Positions 29,010-38,777 of a stretch of 64,000 nt of DNA are shown piece by piece. Source of the stretch: a virus; IMG/VR virus record IMGVR_UViG_3300030107_007542, positions 96,001 to 160,000 of that record; one strand, given 5' to 3'. Made by a program: the position numbers and the translations under genes. Under the pieces are notes generated by a model, which saw only the letters and a list, made by a program, of their open reading frames with translations, was not told the DNA's origin and did no database searches. Each line of letters begins with the position of its first letter. Position 1 is the first letter of the stretch.

Positions 29010-30796
29010 TATTCCTCCTCAAGTGGTGCGACTACCATATTCTCGTAAAATTCTTCTCTGTCCAGGAAAGGAAGCATGTCCTCTAGCGGTCTAGAAATAA
29101 GGCGACCGTCGGGGAGCTTTTTCGAACCAATTGTTGGTAAGACCGCATCCCACTTTTTACACATCACTTCACAAATTACTGGACCCTTGTATTCTAACAC
29201 CCTTTTGATGCTTCTTTTAAGGCCTTTAAGCTTCGAGGCTCTAAAATATTTAATGCCATAAGCGTTGGCGATTTTTTGAAAATTAGGAAATGAAACTCCC
29301 GATTCCTCATCGGTACCAATAAACCTATCCTCAAAAAATTTTCTTTGTGTTGTGCGAATGGAAAGATAACCATTGTTGTTCCACACAAATATCTTCACCG
29401 GAAATTTATTATAGACGATCGTTTGAAGTTCCTGAATGTTACTTTGGAATGAGCCGTCGCCAGTAATGCCAATAACATCTTTGTTTCCGCGAGCAACACA
29501 TGCGCCAATGCTTGCAGGGAGTGTAAAGCCCATATCGGCTTGACCGCCTGATGTAATATAGCGCTGTTTATTGGTTACCTGAAGCGCCTGGGATGTTACA
29601 TAAAAGGCCGAGCCTGCATCCGATACCACCACATCGTCCGGTCGCATAGAATCAGACAGCACCTTCATAAAGGCATAAAGACTTATGCCATCTTCGTCAC
29701 TTTCAAAATGTTCTGGGAGAGAGACTGGCCACTTTGTTTTCCAGGCCAAACATTTCTGTGCCCATGGAGTGGGAGCCGGAGGGAATCCAACTTTTAGCAA
29801 AAACTCCTTAGCGTCTGCCACAATCAGATGGTCGATTCGGACGGTGTTCTTCTGGTGTTCGAACTTATCAATGTCTACAACAATGAGCTTGGCCTCTCGA
29901 CCAAACAACTCGTAACGATAACCAGTAACAGGGACGCCCAAGCGCGTGCCAATAGCCAAAATTACATCGGCATTTTGCATGGCAAAATTAGCTGCTCGAT
30001 TTCCTTTAATTCCTACGCGCCCAATATTGAGGGGATCGTTAGATGGCAAAAGATCTGCAGCCAGATATGTGTTCACTACAGGAATATTATGCAAATGCAC
30101 AAACTCAGCAAAAATCTCTTGTGCGCCAGCCAATCGAATGCCGTTGCCTGCCAGAATTACGGGACGCTCTGCTTGTGCGAGATATCGACTAACAGCAGCG
30201 AGGTCCTCCACTTCTGGAACGAAGGATTCTTTTTCGGGTGTAAACCTCTTGAGCTTTTCAGGCTCGATAAGAGCGCCCTGGACATCCATCGGAATATCAA
30301 GCCAGACTGGGCCCGGGCGGCCACTGAACGCTAGGTGTACAGCCTTATCAATATGGTAAGCAATCATTTCAGGGTCATTAATCATGACCGCATATTTCGT
30401 CAATGATTCAACAATGGCAATAATATTGGCCTCTTGAACGCCAAGTTGTCGCAAAGGCAAATTAATATTATGTGTGGCCTGCTCTTTATTAACCTGACCA
30501 GAAATAAAAAAGGTAGGAAGGTTGTCCTGCCAAGCTTCCAGGAGCCCCGTTATAGTATTGGTGCTCCCGCACCCCGTTGTGGGCATCACAACGCCCATTT
30601 TGCCACTGTATTTGCCATAGCCAACCGCGGCCATTGCCGAAGCTTGCTCATGATGGCTACAGACTGCTTGTAGTTTTGGATGTTTGGCAACGCCGTCGTT
30701 TAAAAACATAGCACCGCCGCCGGTCAAGGTGAAAACATGTTCTACCCCCAGGTCAACGATTCGCTGTGCTACATAATCTACAACGCGGGTAGGCAT
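29009..30796 (-). CDS. ThDP-dependent acetolactate-synthase-like enzyme (YerE-like)
   Basis: VFTLTGGGAMFL, HHEQASAMAA, TTGCGSTN, SGRPGPVWLDIP, GDGSFQSNIQEL...NNNGY. Confidence 0.88.
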   Translation of the reverse strand: MPTRVVDYVAQRIVDLGVEHVFTLTGGGAMFLNDGVAKHPKLQAVCSHHEQASAMAAVGYGKYSGKMGVVMPTTGCGSTNTITGLLEAWQDNLPTFFISGQVNKEQATHNINLPLRQLGVQEANIIAIVESLTKYAVMINDPEMIAYHIDKAVHLAFSGRPGPVWLDIPMDVQGALIEPEKLKRFTPEKESFVPEVEDLAAVSRYLAQAERPVILAGNGIRLAGAQEIFAEFVHLHNIPVVNTYLAADLLPSNDPLNIGRVGIKGNRAANFAMQNADVILAIGTRLGVPVTGYRYELFGREAKLIVVDIDKFEHQKNTVRIDHLIVADAKEFLLKVGFPPAPTPWAQKCLAWKTKWPVSLPEHFESDEDGISLYAFMKVLSDSMRPDDVVVSDAGSAFYVTSQALQVTNKQRYITSGGQADMGFTLPASIGACVARGNKDVIGITGDGSFQSNIQELQTIVYNKFPVKIFVWNNNGYLSIRTTQRKFFEDRFIGTDEESGVSFPNFQKIANAYGIKYFRASKLKGLKRSIKRVLEYKGPVICEVMCKKWDAVLPTIGSKKLPDGRLISRPLEDMLPFLDREEFYENMVVAPLEEE

Positions 30797-31533
30797 TAAT
30801 CGTCCCTACCCCAGGTACCCTTCCAATAGCCGCGGATAGTATCATCGTAATTGGTGGTTTCTTTGTGCATTCCCCATGTTGCTTGCCCGGGGTGCCACCG
30901 GTACTTATATCCTAACCAACGATCAGCTGGAAAAATGAACACGTTTTTATCGGCTAATCTAAAATACAGGTGATAATCGGCAGCGCCTAGGTACTGCGGA
31001 TCCCATTGCAACAGGCGACGCTCTTTAAGCTCTCGACTATACACCATGGTGGGAGTGTTGACAGGGCTTTTCTGGAACAAAAGTTCCTTAAACTCAGCCA
31101 TGCTCTTGTAATGATGTGCCACCTCTCCTAGAAAGGTCTCTTCTTTTCCTTCAATTCCTTGAATCGGACTCTGGAATGCCAGAATTTTAACAGGAGCCTT
31201 TTCAATATACTCCATAAAATTAGCCACATAAGTGGGAATTATATAGTCATCGGCGCCTAAAATAGTGATATAATCACCGGTGCACAACTTAAGACCCTCA
31301 GTAACTGGCTCATCCCAAGACCATCGATACAGATTAGGAGCCGTTGAAATAACTAATTCAGGGTGATCTTTTTGAATACCCCGGGCAATCTCTAGACTCT
31401 TGTCCGTGCTCTCATTATCAACGAAAATAACCTCTGTATTTTCATAAGTTTGATCAAGGGCCGAGAGAATGCATTTTTCAATCCAATCTTCGGCGTTATA
31501 ACATGGTATTAAGATAGTAACTTTGAGACTCAT
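30796..31533 (-). CDS. Glycosyltransferase family 2
   Basis: VTILIPCYNAE, IFVDNESTD, GDYITILGADD. Confidence 0.88.
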   Translation of the reverse strand: MSLKVTILIPCYNAEDWIEKCILSALDQTYENTEVIFVDNESTDKSLEIARGIQKDHPELVISTAPNLYRWSWDEPVTEGLKLCTGDYITILGADDYIIPTYVANFMEYIEKAPVKILAFQSPIQGIEGKEETFLGEVAHHYKSMAEFKELLFQKSPVNTPTMVYSRELKERRLLQWDPQYLGAADYHLYFRLADKNVFIFPADRWLGYKYRWHPGQATWGMHKETTNYDDTIRGYWKGTWGRDD

Positions 31534-32363
31534 TGCATCAATCCTATGATAAGATCGGGGATTTCATCCCTCTTGGCGCGCATTTTATTAACTAAGTCGG
31601 AGCCCTTAAGTTTGAACCAACTTTCTTGTGTAGCTCCAACTAATTTATTGGTAATGACTTTCATTCCCATCATTCGACTTTCCACCACTATTCGAGACAG
31701 TGTTTCAGGTGTTTGGGGAAAGAAGACTAGCGTATCATTTTCCCCGAGTTGTTCCAGAAATGTATGATAATTGGCACCGGAACACAGAACGTAATCTCGT
31801 TGCGTCGCTTTACAGTATTTGACTGCCGTGGGCGTGTTCTTGTGGACAATAGGGGAATCTAAAACAGCGCAGCGCTCCTTCTTTTCCGTGGTAGCCAGAG
31901 ACTCTAGTTTTTCCAAAGCTTCCTCACTCCACAGATTTCCTCCAACACTCTCTATATTCTCCAACTTCAAATTCTTTTTAACTATATTAGCATGAAAGGA
32001 GCTTTGACACAACACCTTCCGAGCTTTTTGATAAAAATCTACATTTACCAAAGCGTGAGCCGGGGCGACGAAATTGTCGTAGCGCGCTGGATCTCGGGTT
32101 GTTAGATATTTGTGGTCATGTTCGTAAATGACATAGTTTTTCGATTTAAGGGCTTCGCGGCTTTCGGCAGAGAGCCCCATAAAGTTGGCCACAATAAATA
32201 GTTTAGCGCCACAAGTATTAATATAACCTGCATCAATTTGTTGGCTCTTTTTAGTCTCTACAGCTTGCCCCTTAGTTCGGAGAATATCTATCAATTCTTG
32301 ATTATTGAGTTCACCGCCCCCTAAAATTTCATGGGCAAAAAAATCGGCTATGAATACAATCAT
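31530..32363 (-). CDS. Putative glycosyltransferase (divergent GT-B)
   Basis: GGGELNN, YEHDHKY, ETLSRIVVESRMMG..VIT resembles the GT4 ExxxxxxxE motif. Confidence 0.55.
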   Translation of the reverse strand: MIVFIADFFAHEILGGGELNNQELIDILRTKGQAVETKKSQQIDAGYINTCGAKLFIVANFMGLSAESREALKSKNYVIYEHDHKYLTTRDPARYDNFVAPAHALVNVDFYQKARKVLCQSSFHANIVKKNLKLENIESVGGNLWSEEALEKLESLATTEKKERCAVLDSPIVHKNTPTAVKYCKATQRDYVLCSGANYHTFLEQLGENDTLVFFPQTPETLSRIVVESRMMGMKVITNKLVGATQESWFKLKGSDLVNKMRAKRDEIPDLIIGLMQ

Positions 32364-32365
32364 AA

Positions 32366-33649
32366 TTAATCATGTACTTCGAGATCGAACCCTTCAAGCC
32401 ATTCATTAACGTCTACCTCAGTCTCATCAACAATAAGAGAGACAAACTTGGCATACTGACCTTCTTTACTAAAGTTCGTGTCTACATATTTCTTAAGAGC
32501 CTTGGCCTGATTTTTAAAATGAACTGGCTTATCTATAACTTCCCTAAGTGCGCGACGATATGACGCCTCTTTAGCATACGTCCACATGGAGTCTGCTTGG
32601 ATGACGCCTTCCCATCGGGCTGCTTCTTGTACGGGAGCCAGATCGTAATCTACACGAGCGACACGGGGGACCTGCTTCCCTTTCTTATTCGGGCGACAGA
32701 TAAAGTCCATTTGTCCTCCCCACGTAACGGTTACAATAGGGAGTGAATTATAGGATGCTTCGAAAAGCGGTAATCCAAATCCTTCTCCATGAGAGAGGCT
32801 AATCAGAGCTTGCATTGTCGGGTGCTGATAAAGCCAGGTCATTTGCTCTTCAGAAAGCTGACCATGGACCAAATAAATCTTACACTTACGATCTGGAAAA
32901 TCATGAATCAATGCCTGAAGGCGCTTCTTGGTATGAACCCGGTCCATAATGCTTTCATTTGCCGAATTTAATTTCAACACCAACCCAACGTCAGGATCAT
33001 CACTAAACTCACTGCAGAATGCGCGGACCGTTTGCTCCACGTTTTTACGAATGCCCCACTGTTTAACACACAAGAAATTTTTAGTAGTCTCAAATGGAAT
33101 ATCAACCCCGTTTGGGTCTGGTTCGATATCCTTAACAGGATAGCTGATATACTCTACCGGCTTGGTAACGCGCCAGTTTTTAATCATCTCGCCCGTATGA
33201 GGGTTCGGGACATCATACGTGGTTTTCTCGATAACTTTCTTAGAGTGACTTGAAATAGTGATCACCTTATCCATCGTGTTATTAATCATCTCAATCCATT
33301 GAGGCGCAATCTTATTTGTCTCGATACCCGCTGTGTATCCAATATTAACTGGGGCGATGCGTTCAAACTCATTAGGAATTGTAACCTGAAATGACATATC
33401 GAACTGTGGATTTGTCCCTTGTGCTTGGCATTCTTGGACATATTGATTAGTTTTCAGTATCAAGGAGTCAAGCCACTGCCTTTCCTCACTATGTTCTGCT
33501 ATCATGCCAGTATTGCCCCATGGGATATTAAGAAGATGTATGTCGAACAAATCCTCACGAGAACGCATAGAGCGCAAGGAAAACCGAGACTGCTCTCCGT
33601 AGCCCGATCGGGATAAAGCTGGTGCTTTCACCAAAATTCTTTTTCTCAT
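32366..33649 (-). CDS. Glycosyltransferase (GT4-like, GT-B)
   Basis: SRSGYG, RKN, ISLSHGEGFGLPLFEAS...PIVT. Confidence 0.82.
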   Translation of the reverse strand: MRKRILVKAPALSRSGYGEQSRFSLRSMRSREDLFDIHLLNIPWGNTGMIAEHSEERQWLDSLILKTNQYVQECQAQGTNPQFDMSFQVTIPNEFERIAPVNIGYTAGIETNKIAPQWIEMINNTMDKVITISSHSKKVIEKTTYDVPNPHTGEMIKNWRVTKPVEYISYPVKDIEPDPNGVDIPFETTKNFLCVKQWGIRKNVEQTVRAFCSEFSDDPDVGLVLKLNSANESIMDRVHTKKRLQALIHDFPDRKCKIYLVHGQLSEEQMTWLYQHPTMQALISLSHGEGFGLPLFEASYNSLPIVTVTWGGQMDFICRPNKKGKQVPRVARVDYDLAPVQEAARWEGVIQADSMWTYAKEASYRRALREVIDKPVHFKNQAKALKKYVDTNFSKEGQYAKFVSLIVDETEVDVNEWLEGFDLEVHD

Positions 33650-34899
33650 TATAAAACCTCAACTCCGTATGATTTGTATCCGGTTCTCGTCTCCCAAGAA
33701 CCCTTCTCTTCGTAAACTTTAGTAAGCAGCTCGTCCCATCTTTCCATAAACGTCTCAAAATTAAACTGCTTAAGGGCGTATTCACGGCCTAGTCGGCCGA
33801 GTTCATCACGCTCTTCTTGGGACTTCAAAAACATTTCCTTCATAGCGCCCACTACATCTGCTTCTGACAGCCGATCTTCATAAATATATGGTACGGTTTG
33901 CGAACCAATCACCGCCTTAGATGTTGGCTCGATACCTATCCCGAAGGTGGTAGTGCCATCTGTAATCTGATCCTGCATTCCTCCTGTGAGGTTTACAATG
34001 ATGGGCGTCTCGCATGCTAAAGATTCCAGTGTCGCGAGGCCGAAACCCTCCGCGTCAGAAATATTAATGGTGCAGTCGACCGCGTTGTATAGTAACGCTA
34101 GATTTGCAGCATCCATCTTTTCTCGGGAAAACAATACTTCGCCGTTTTTCAGCCCAAGCTCCGCGATGATGGCTTCCAGGTCTTGACCATTGGGGTCTTT
34201 AGGTTCCGTATGCATGATAAGGACCGCCTTGTCATGACCCACTTCGTCCAAGAATTTCTTAAACCAGAAGATCAAGGTTCCCGACTGTTTACGGCGAGCG
34301 TTGCGGTTGTTCCAGAAAAAATAAAACTTATCAGGATCGAAGCGACCCTTCGTAAAATCATTGAGAAGTGGTGAATCTACCTTCTTAAAAATATCCATAT
34401 CTACTGCATGAGGAAGATAGGTAGAATCGACATCCGGGGCAACATTCTGAACTATGTCGTATGTAAGCTTAGAGATGCACGCGATGTGATCATTAGAATC
34501 ATAATATGGCTTATTGAAATGCGGATAAGGGTAGTTGTCCCACACATGATAATAAACCATAGGGACCTGGGCACGGATTTCATTCTCGATACCCCACAAC
34601 CATTCATAAAAGCGTGGATCGGTCATAAACCAGAGGATATCGGGCTTTTGCTGGCCAATCATAGCACGGACTTGGTCAGGATTGCCATATCCATCAACCG
34701 GCCAAATAATCCAGTCTTCATCCCACTTCTCTGTCTTTTGTGGGTTATGGTCTGGATGAGAGATTGCACCCCCAAACGACACAAACTGGTACTTTCCTGT
34801 TTTAAGCATGCCTTCAATCATATACTTAGTTTGAGTGCCTACCCCCGAAGGCGAAAGAGGATGGTCACTGATCGTAAAGATCTTAATTTTATCTGACAT
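33649..34899 (-). CDS. Glycosyltransferase family 4
   Basis: SGVGTQ, NRNARRKQ, ISDAEGFGLATLESLACETPII. Confidence 0.88.
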   Translation of the reverse strand: MSDKIKIFTISDHPLSPSGVGTQTKYMIEGMLKTGKYQFVSFGGAISHPDHNPQKTEKWDEDWIIWPVDGYGNPDQVRAMIGQQKPDILWFMTDPRFYEWLWGIENEIRAQVPMVYYHVWDNYPYPHFNKPYYDSNDHIACISKLTYDIVQNVAPDVDSTYLPHAVDMDIFKKVDSPLLNDFTKGRFDPDKFYFFWNNRNARRKQSGTLIFWFKKFLDEVGHDKAVLIMHTEPKDPNGQDLEAIIAELGLKNGEVLFSREKMDAANLALLYNAVDCTINISDAEGFGLATLESLACETPIIVNLTGGMQDQITDGTTTFGIGIEPTSKAVIGSQTVPYIYEDRLSEADVVGAMKEMFLKSQEERDELGRLGREYALKQFNFETFMERWDELLTKVYEEKGSWETRTGYKSYGVEVL

Positions 34900-34908
34900 A
34901 TGGATTCC

Positions 34909-35688
34909 TTATTTACAATGTTCGGTTTTGTAAAGTTTGCAACGATACGGTTTTTCACACGACAGCCGATTTTTAATCGAGAATCGTTTAGAAATATTAT
35001 AAATTGCTTGGTATAGAAGTTTAAGAGCGTTCTCAGTTTTTTTCTCACCGCTCGTTACTTTAAATAGCTCCACGCGGTTTTTAGATGCCGTTCTTTTTAA
35101 GAGAGCAAAATGCGTTTCAACTTTTTGAGGGTCGATTTTGTGCTTTAAACAAAAGAAATGTTTATACAAAGTGAGTTGATATGTAACTATTTTTTGACTC
35201 TTGCGTCGTGAGTCCCACCCCCATGAACATGTCTTCCAATCAAACAGATGGTACGTGTCTCCTACTTTGACAACAGCATCAACAAAGCCCTTGAAGTGAA
35301 TGTTAAAATTTTCAATAGGTACATAAAGCTTTTCCTCCGAGGAAAAAACTTCATAATCTCCAAAATAATCTTCCAAAGCACCATCGATTTCAGATAAGAT
35401 TGCCGGTGCACAAGATTTCATCTGTTCTACATTCTTGGGGTTGACTTCGATGTTTTTTTCCATTAACTCTTGGAGTTGCTTGTCGAAGCCTATCTGGAAC
35501 ATCTCCTTCTCGTTGATATTCTCTTTTAAAAGTTTTTTCTCACAAACTTCATGCATAGCAGTACCGAAGGCGGTATGCTCATTCCCCTCAAACGGTGAAA
35601 TTCTCTCGATCCAGGCTTTCTTATGATAATGGGGGCATGTGGCCCAGTCTTTTAGTTCGGAATAGGATATATGTTCACGCGTCGTCAT
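34909..35688 (-). CDS. PD-(D/E)XK exonuclease, Cas4/RecB-like
   Basis: ISYSEL..W.TCP, FGTAMH, FKGFVDAVV...LFDWKT, QLTLY and C-terminal C...C....C (possible Fe-S). Start set at MTTREH. Confidence 0.85.
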   Translation of the reverse strand: MTTREHISYSELKDWATCPHYHKKAWIERISPFEGNEHTAFGTAMHEVCEKKLLKENINEKEMFQIGFDKQLQELMEKNIEVNPKNVEQMKSCAPAILSEIDGALEDYFGDYEVFSSEEKLYVPIENFNIHFKGFVDAVVKVGDTYHLFDWKTCSWGWDSRRKSQKIVTYQLTLYKHFFCLKHKIDPQKVETHFALLKRTASKNRVELFKVTSGEKKTENALKLLYQAIYNISKRFSIKNRLSCEKPYRCKLYKTEHCK

Positions 35689-36292
35689 TAAGTATATTAT
35701 CAATCTTTTGGTAGAGTACGGGGCTTATCGCTTTTACAAGACCAGGGCCGTCGAGGAAAAACTTTTCAAATCCATTAGCAAAGTACTCCTGAATAGAAGT
35801 AGCCCCATATGGAGATGCAAAAAGCCCCATGGTCAAATTAAGCAACATAGGATATCCTACCACATCTGACAGGAATTCGTCAAACTTTTTATTATATTCA
35901 GTAAAATCATAGAGAAGAGGATTTATCGTAAACCCTTCTGCTTCTAAGATATCTTTTAGTCGACGGCGCTTTCCTAAGAATTCTTGTAGGAGTCTATCAT
36001 CATAGATCTCCCACGCGCGATCGACCTCTAAGGAGTGAGCCACCTCATGTATAAAGTTCTCCAAGATATCAAAATTAGTGGGTTCGGACCCTGTAATATA
36101 GATGGCGCCGTTAGTAAAGGCCGCATTGCGCCCCGAGAGTTCAGCAAACGCGCCAATATAGACAACCTCGACATTTCGCAGTAGCCCGGGCGCTAAGACC
36201 CCTTCTACCTCCCGACAAAAGACAGGTATATCCACTGAAGGCAACGTTTCCGATAGTACAAAAACCGGAATATTATAAATGTAATATTCCAT
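35675..36292 (-). CDS. Putative zinc metalloprotease-like protein
   Basis: FIHEVAHSLE (HExxH) with a downstream QEYFANGFE (third-ligand Glu). Confidence 0.55.
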   Translation of the reverse strand: MEYYIYNIPVFVLSETLPSVDIPVFCREVEGVLAPGLLRNVEVVYIGAFAELSGRNAAFTNGAIYITGSEPTNFDILENFIHEVAHSLEVDRAWEIYDDRLLQEFLGKRRRLKDILEAEGFTINPLLYDFTEYNKKFDEFLSDVVGYPMLLNLTMGLFASPYGATSIQEYFANGFEKFFLDGPGLVKAISPVLYQKIDNILNDDA

Positions 36293-36540
36293 TATTCGTC
36301 TGTATTAAATTCTTCTACATCATCTAATGCTTGTGTATATCCCCGAAGGTAATTTTCCTCAGCTACTGGCAGAAGGAATTCTGGAAAATCCGTGCTAAAC
36401 ACATCTACTACCATTTCCACAGTCACCTCATCATTCTCGGGCTGCAGCTTAGTTCCTACGTATTCGACAATCAATTCTTTGAGCGGATTGTTTTTTGAAA
36501 CGGGGATTATCAGATTGGGGTTTTTATCTACTTTTTTCAT
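36292..36540 (-). CDS. Hypothetical protein
   Basis: ORF in operon. Start moved to MKKVDK to avoid overlap with phoH. Confidence 0.65.
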   Translation of the reverse strand: MKKVDKNPNLIIPVSKNNPLKELIVEYVGTKLQPENDEVTVEMVVDVFSTDFPEFLLPVAEENYLRGYTQALDDVEEFNTDE

Positions 36541-36547
36541 TTTTCTC

Positions 36548-37864
36548 TCACAAATTACTAGCGGCAAAGGTCGCGACCTTCGAGCGTTCGCCCTTATGAA
36601 GAGTCACATGTGCAGCAAGTTCAAAATCCTTAAATTTTTCTACTGCATGAGTTAAGCCGTTCGAAGTAGCATCAATATACACATTATCAATCTGCTCTAC
36701 GTCTCCGGTTAACACAATCTTGGTACCTTCACCTACTCTAGTTATTATAGTCTTTAGTTCGTGGGTTGTCAAGTTTTGTGCTTCATCAATAATGATAAAA
36801 GCATTCGAAATTGATCGACCACGAATGTAAGTCAATGCTTCTATCTCTATTGTACCCTTTTGCATATAAATGTCAAGAGTTACTTTATCATTTCCCATTA
36901 AAAACTGTAGATTATCCTGAATTGGCATCAACCAGGGTGACATTTTCTCTTCCATGGTCCCGGGAAGAAAACCAATATCCTTTCCAAGCGGCTGTACGGG
37001 CCGTGAAACGATTACGCGTGAATATATTTGGTTGCGCTCGTCTATCGTCTGTTCAAGCCCTGCAGCGATGGCACAGATCGTCTTACCGCTACCTGCCTTG
37101 CCGATTGCACTTACTACTTCTATAGAAGGATCCATAAGAGCGTCGAGGAGGAATTGCTGTTCTTTGTTTCGAGGAGTAATTCCCCATATTTTAGATTTAC
37201 CCGGGAGAAGCTGTTTAAGAGGAGTGGCCTTGTTCGTGAATCGACCTAAAGCCGTTTTCTTTTCATTAGCATTAGAAACCATCATGACGTATTGATTGGG
37301 ACAAAGAGGGTGCTCATCTATATAAACATTTTTCTTCTCATAAAATTGGTCAATCTTCTGGTCATCGACCAACACTGAAGTATATCCTTCAAATATGCTT
37401 TCACTGCTATCAACAACCTGATTGTTCTGAAAGTCTTCGGAAGTCACTCCCACCGCGTCAGCAATGACTCGCATATTAATGTCACGCGAAACTAAAATTA
37501 CTTTACGGTTTTCTTGTTTGTGAAATTTTAAGGCCGTGGCAATAATGAGATGATCTGGAACTCGTACGTCCAGATCTGAGGGGAGGTCTTCGGTTATACC
37601 ATGAGAACTCACCGACTTTATGATGCCATGGCCTTTTCTTAGCCGCACACCTGTATCGATGGATCCCTTGGAACGAAGCTCATCCCAAATACGAATGATT
37701 TTGCGAGCTTGTGCTCCAACAGCATCTTGGCGTTTTTTGTGTTTATCAATTTCCTCAAATACTTTTAGAGGAACATAGATATCATTATTTTTGAAAGCAT
37801 AGATGCATTCTGCATTTGTCAGGTAGACACTGGTGTCTAACACATAAATTTTTTTTCGACTCAT
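36548..37864 (-). CDS. phoH: PIN-PhoH protein (PhoH2/YlaK type)
   Basis: N-terminal PIN (YVLDTSV, PDHLII, LVSRDINMRV) plus PhoH ATPase (GKAGSGKT, DIGFLPG, YIRGRS, IIDEAQN, GDVEQID). Start set at MSRKK. Confidence 0.92.
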   Translation of the reverse strand: MSRKKIYVLDTSVYLTNAECIYAFKNNDIYVPLKVFEEIDKHKKRQDAVGAQARKIIRIWDELRSKGSIDTGVRLRKGHGIIKSVSSHGITEDLPSDLDVRVPDHLIIATALKFHKQENRKVILVSRDINMRVIADAVGVTSEDFQNNQVVDSSESIFEGYTSVLVDDQKIDQFYEKKNVYIDEHPLCPNQYVMMVSNANEKKTALGRFTNKATPLKQLLPGKSKIWGITPRNKEQQFLLDALMDPSIEVVSAIGKAGSGKTICAIAAGLEQTIDERNQIYSRVIVSRPVQPLGKDIGFLPGTMEEKMSPWLMPIQDNLQFLMGNDKVTLDIYMQKGTIEIEALTYIRGRSISNAFIIIDEAQNLTTHELKTIITRVGEGTKIVLTGDVEQIDNVYIDATSNGLTHAVEKFKDFELAAHVTLHKGERSKVATFAASNL

Positions 37865-37895
37865 ATGGACCCTATACAGTAAATAGGGCTTTCTC

Positions 37896-38417
37896 CTAAT
37901 AGTCCCCCTTCTTAGCCACATCTCCGGCGGCTAAGATCTCTACTCGGGACGGTTTTACTTCGATTCCATCGATTTCCTCTGGTGTTTTGTTGACCATGCC
38001 AGAGTCGTTTACTAAGGTGGAGGAGCTTTGAATTTTGCCTCCTCCAACATTCCACAACATTTCAATCCCTTCTATGTCACATACGTTCATTTCTGGGGTG
38101 TTATCGGTCTTACGATCGCCACCATTGGCGAAATAGTCTGGCTTAATACGGCGTAGTGCCTCGCAGACGCTATTATCTGAATCTTCTACATGCGTGGTTT
38201 TTGTCACGCAACCAAAGCCTTCAAGAATCTCACAACGCTCCTTAAAAGGCATAAATATATATCCTTTTTTTCTCATGAGCCACTCATCTGAATTAACGAT
38301 TACAATAAGATTTCCATGCTTGGCAGCTTCTTCCATCATCCGTAAATGACCAATGTGAACGGGATCGAATCCTCCCGAGACACAAACTGTAGTATAAGGG
38401 GTGCTAGGTGTCGGCAT
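37896..38417 (-). CDS. Cytidylyltransferase-family (HxGH) nucleotidyltransferase
   Basis: VSGGFDPVHIGH, VIVNSD, FANGGDR, GGKIQSSS. Start at ATG 38417, downstream of AGGAGG. Confidence 0.88.
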   Translation of the reverse strand: MPTPSTPYTTVCVSGGFDPVHIGHLRMMEEAAKHGNLIVIVNSDEWLMRKKGYIFMPFKERCEILEGFGCVTKTTHVEDSDNSVCEALRRIKPDYFANGGDRKTDNTPEMNVCDIEGIEMLWNVGGGKIQSSSTLVNDSGMVNKTPEEIDGIEVKPSRVEILAAGDVAKKGDY

Positions 38418-38688
38418 TGGAGCCTCCTGGGGCAAATGAAGCGGATTCTTCTTCGGTAGTCAAGAAGTGCCTTTCTAGAGCAGCCATTGCTTCCTCTGCT
38501 TCTGCTAGTTCTTTCGTAGCCGTCACTATCTCGGAAACCAAGTCAGCATGGTCTCCAATAGCTATTGGCTTATGTAAGTAGATGTCAAGAGTGGCTAAAG
38601 CTCTTTGCCTTCGAGAGTCAAATTCTGCAAGCGTGGCTCGAAGGAGCTGGGATGCTATCCGACTTTGGGTATTATGATTATTCGACAT
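38404..38688 (-). CDS. Hypothetical helical protein
   Basis: True start MSNNHN at 38688 (GAAAGGA SD). The longer track ORF reads through tRNA-Asn. Confidence 0.7.
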   Translation of the reverse strand: MSNNHNTQSRIASQLLRATLAEFDSRRQRALATLDIYLHKPIAIGDHADLVSEIVTATKELAEAEEAMAALERHFLTTEEESASFAPGGSNADT

Positions 38689-38702
38689 GGGGTTCCTTTC
38701 TG

Positions 38703-38777
38703 TGGCTGCGGCGGCGGGGCTCGAACCTGCAACCGTTCGGTTAACAGCCGAATGCTCTACCATTGAGCTACACCGCA
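38703..38777 (-). tRNA. trnN: tRNA-Asn(GUU)
   Basis: TGCGGTG...CGCCGCA acceptor stem, anticodon loop CTGTTAA, T-loop GGTTCGAGCC, encoded CCA. Confidence 0.95.

Noticed and set aside
28074-30796. panB + acetolactate synthase as a pantothenate/valine auxiliary pathway
   Set aside because: Not favoured, though not excluded: no ilvC/ilvD/ilvH/panE/panC is present, and both genes are translationally coupled to NDP-sugar enzymes.
34909-35688. CRISPR-Cas locus suggested by the Cas4-like gene
   Set aside because: No cas1/cas2/effector genes and no regularly spaced repeat array were seen.
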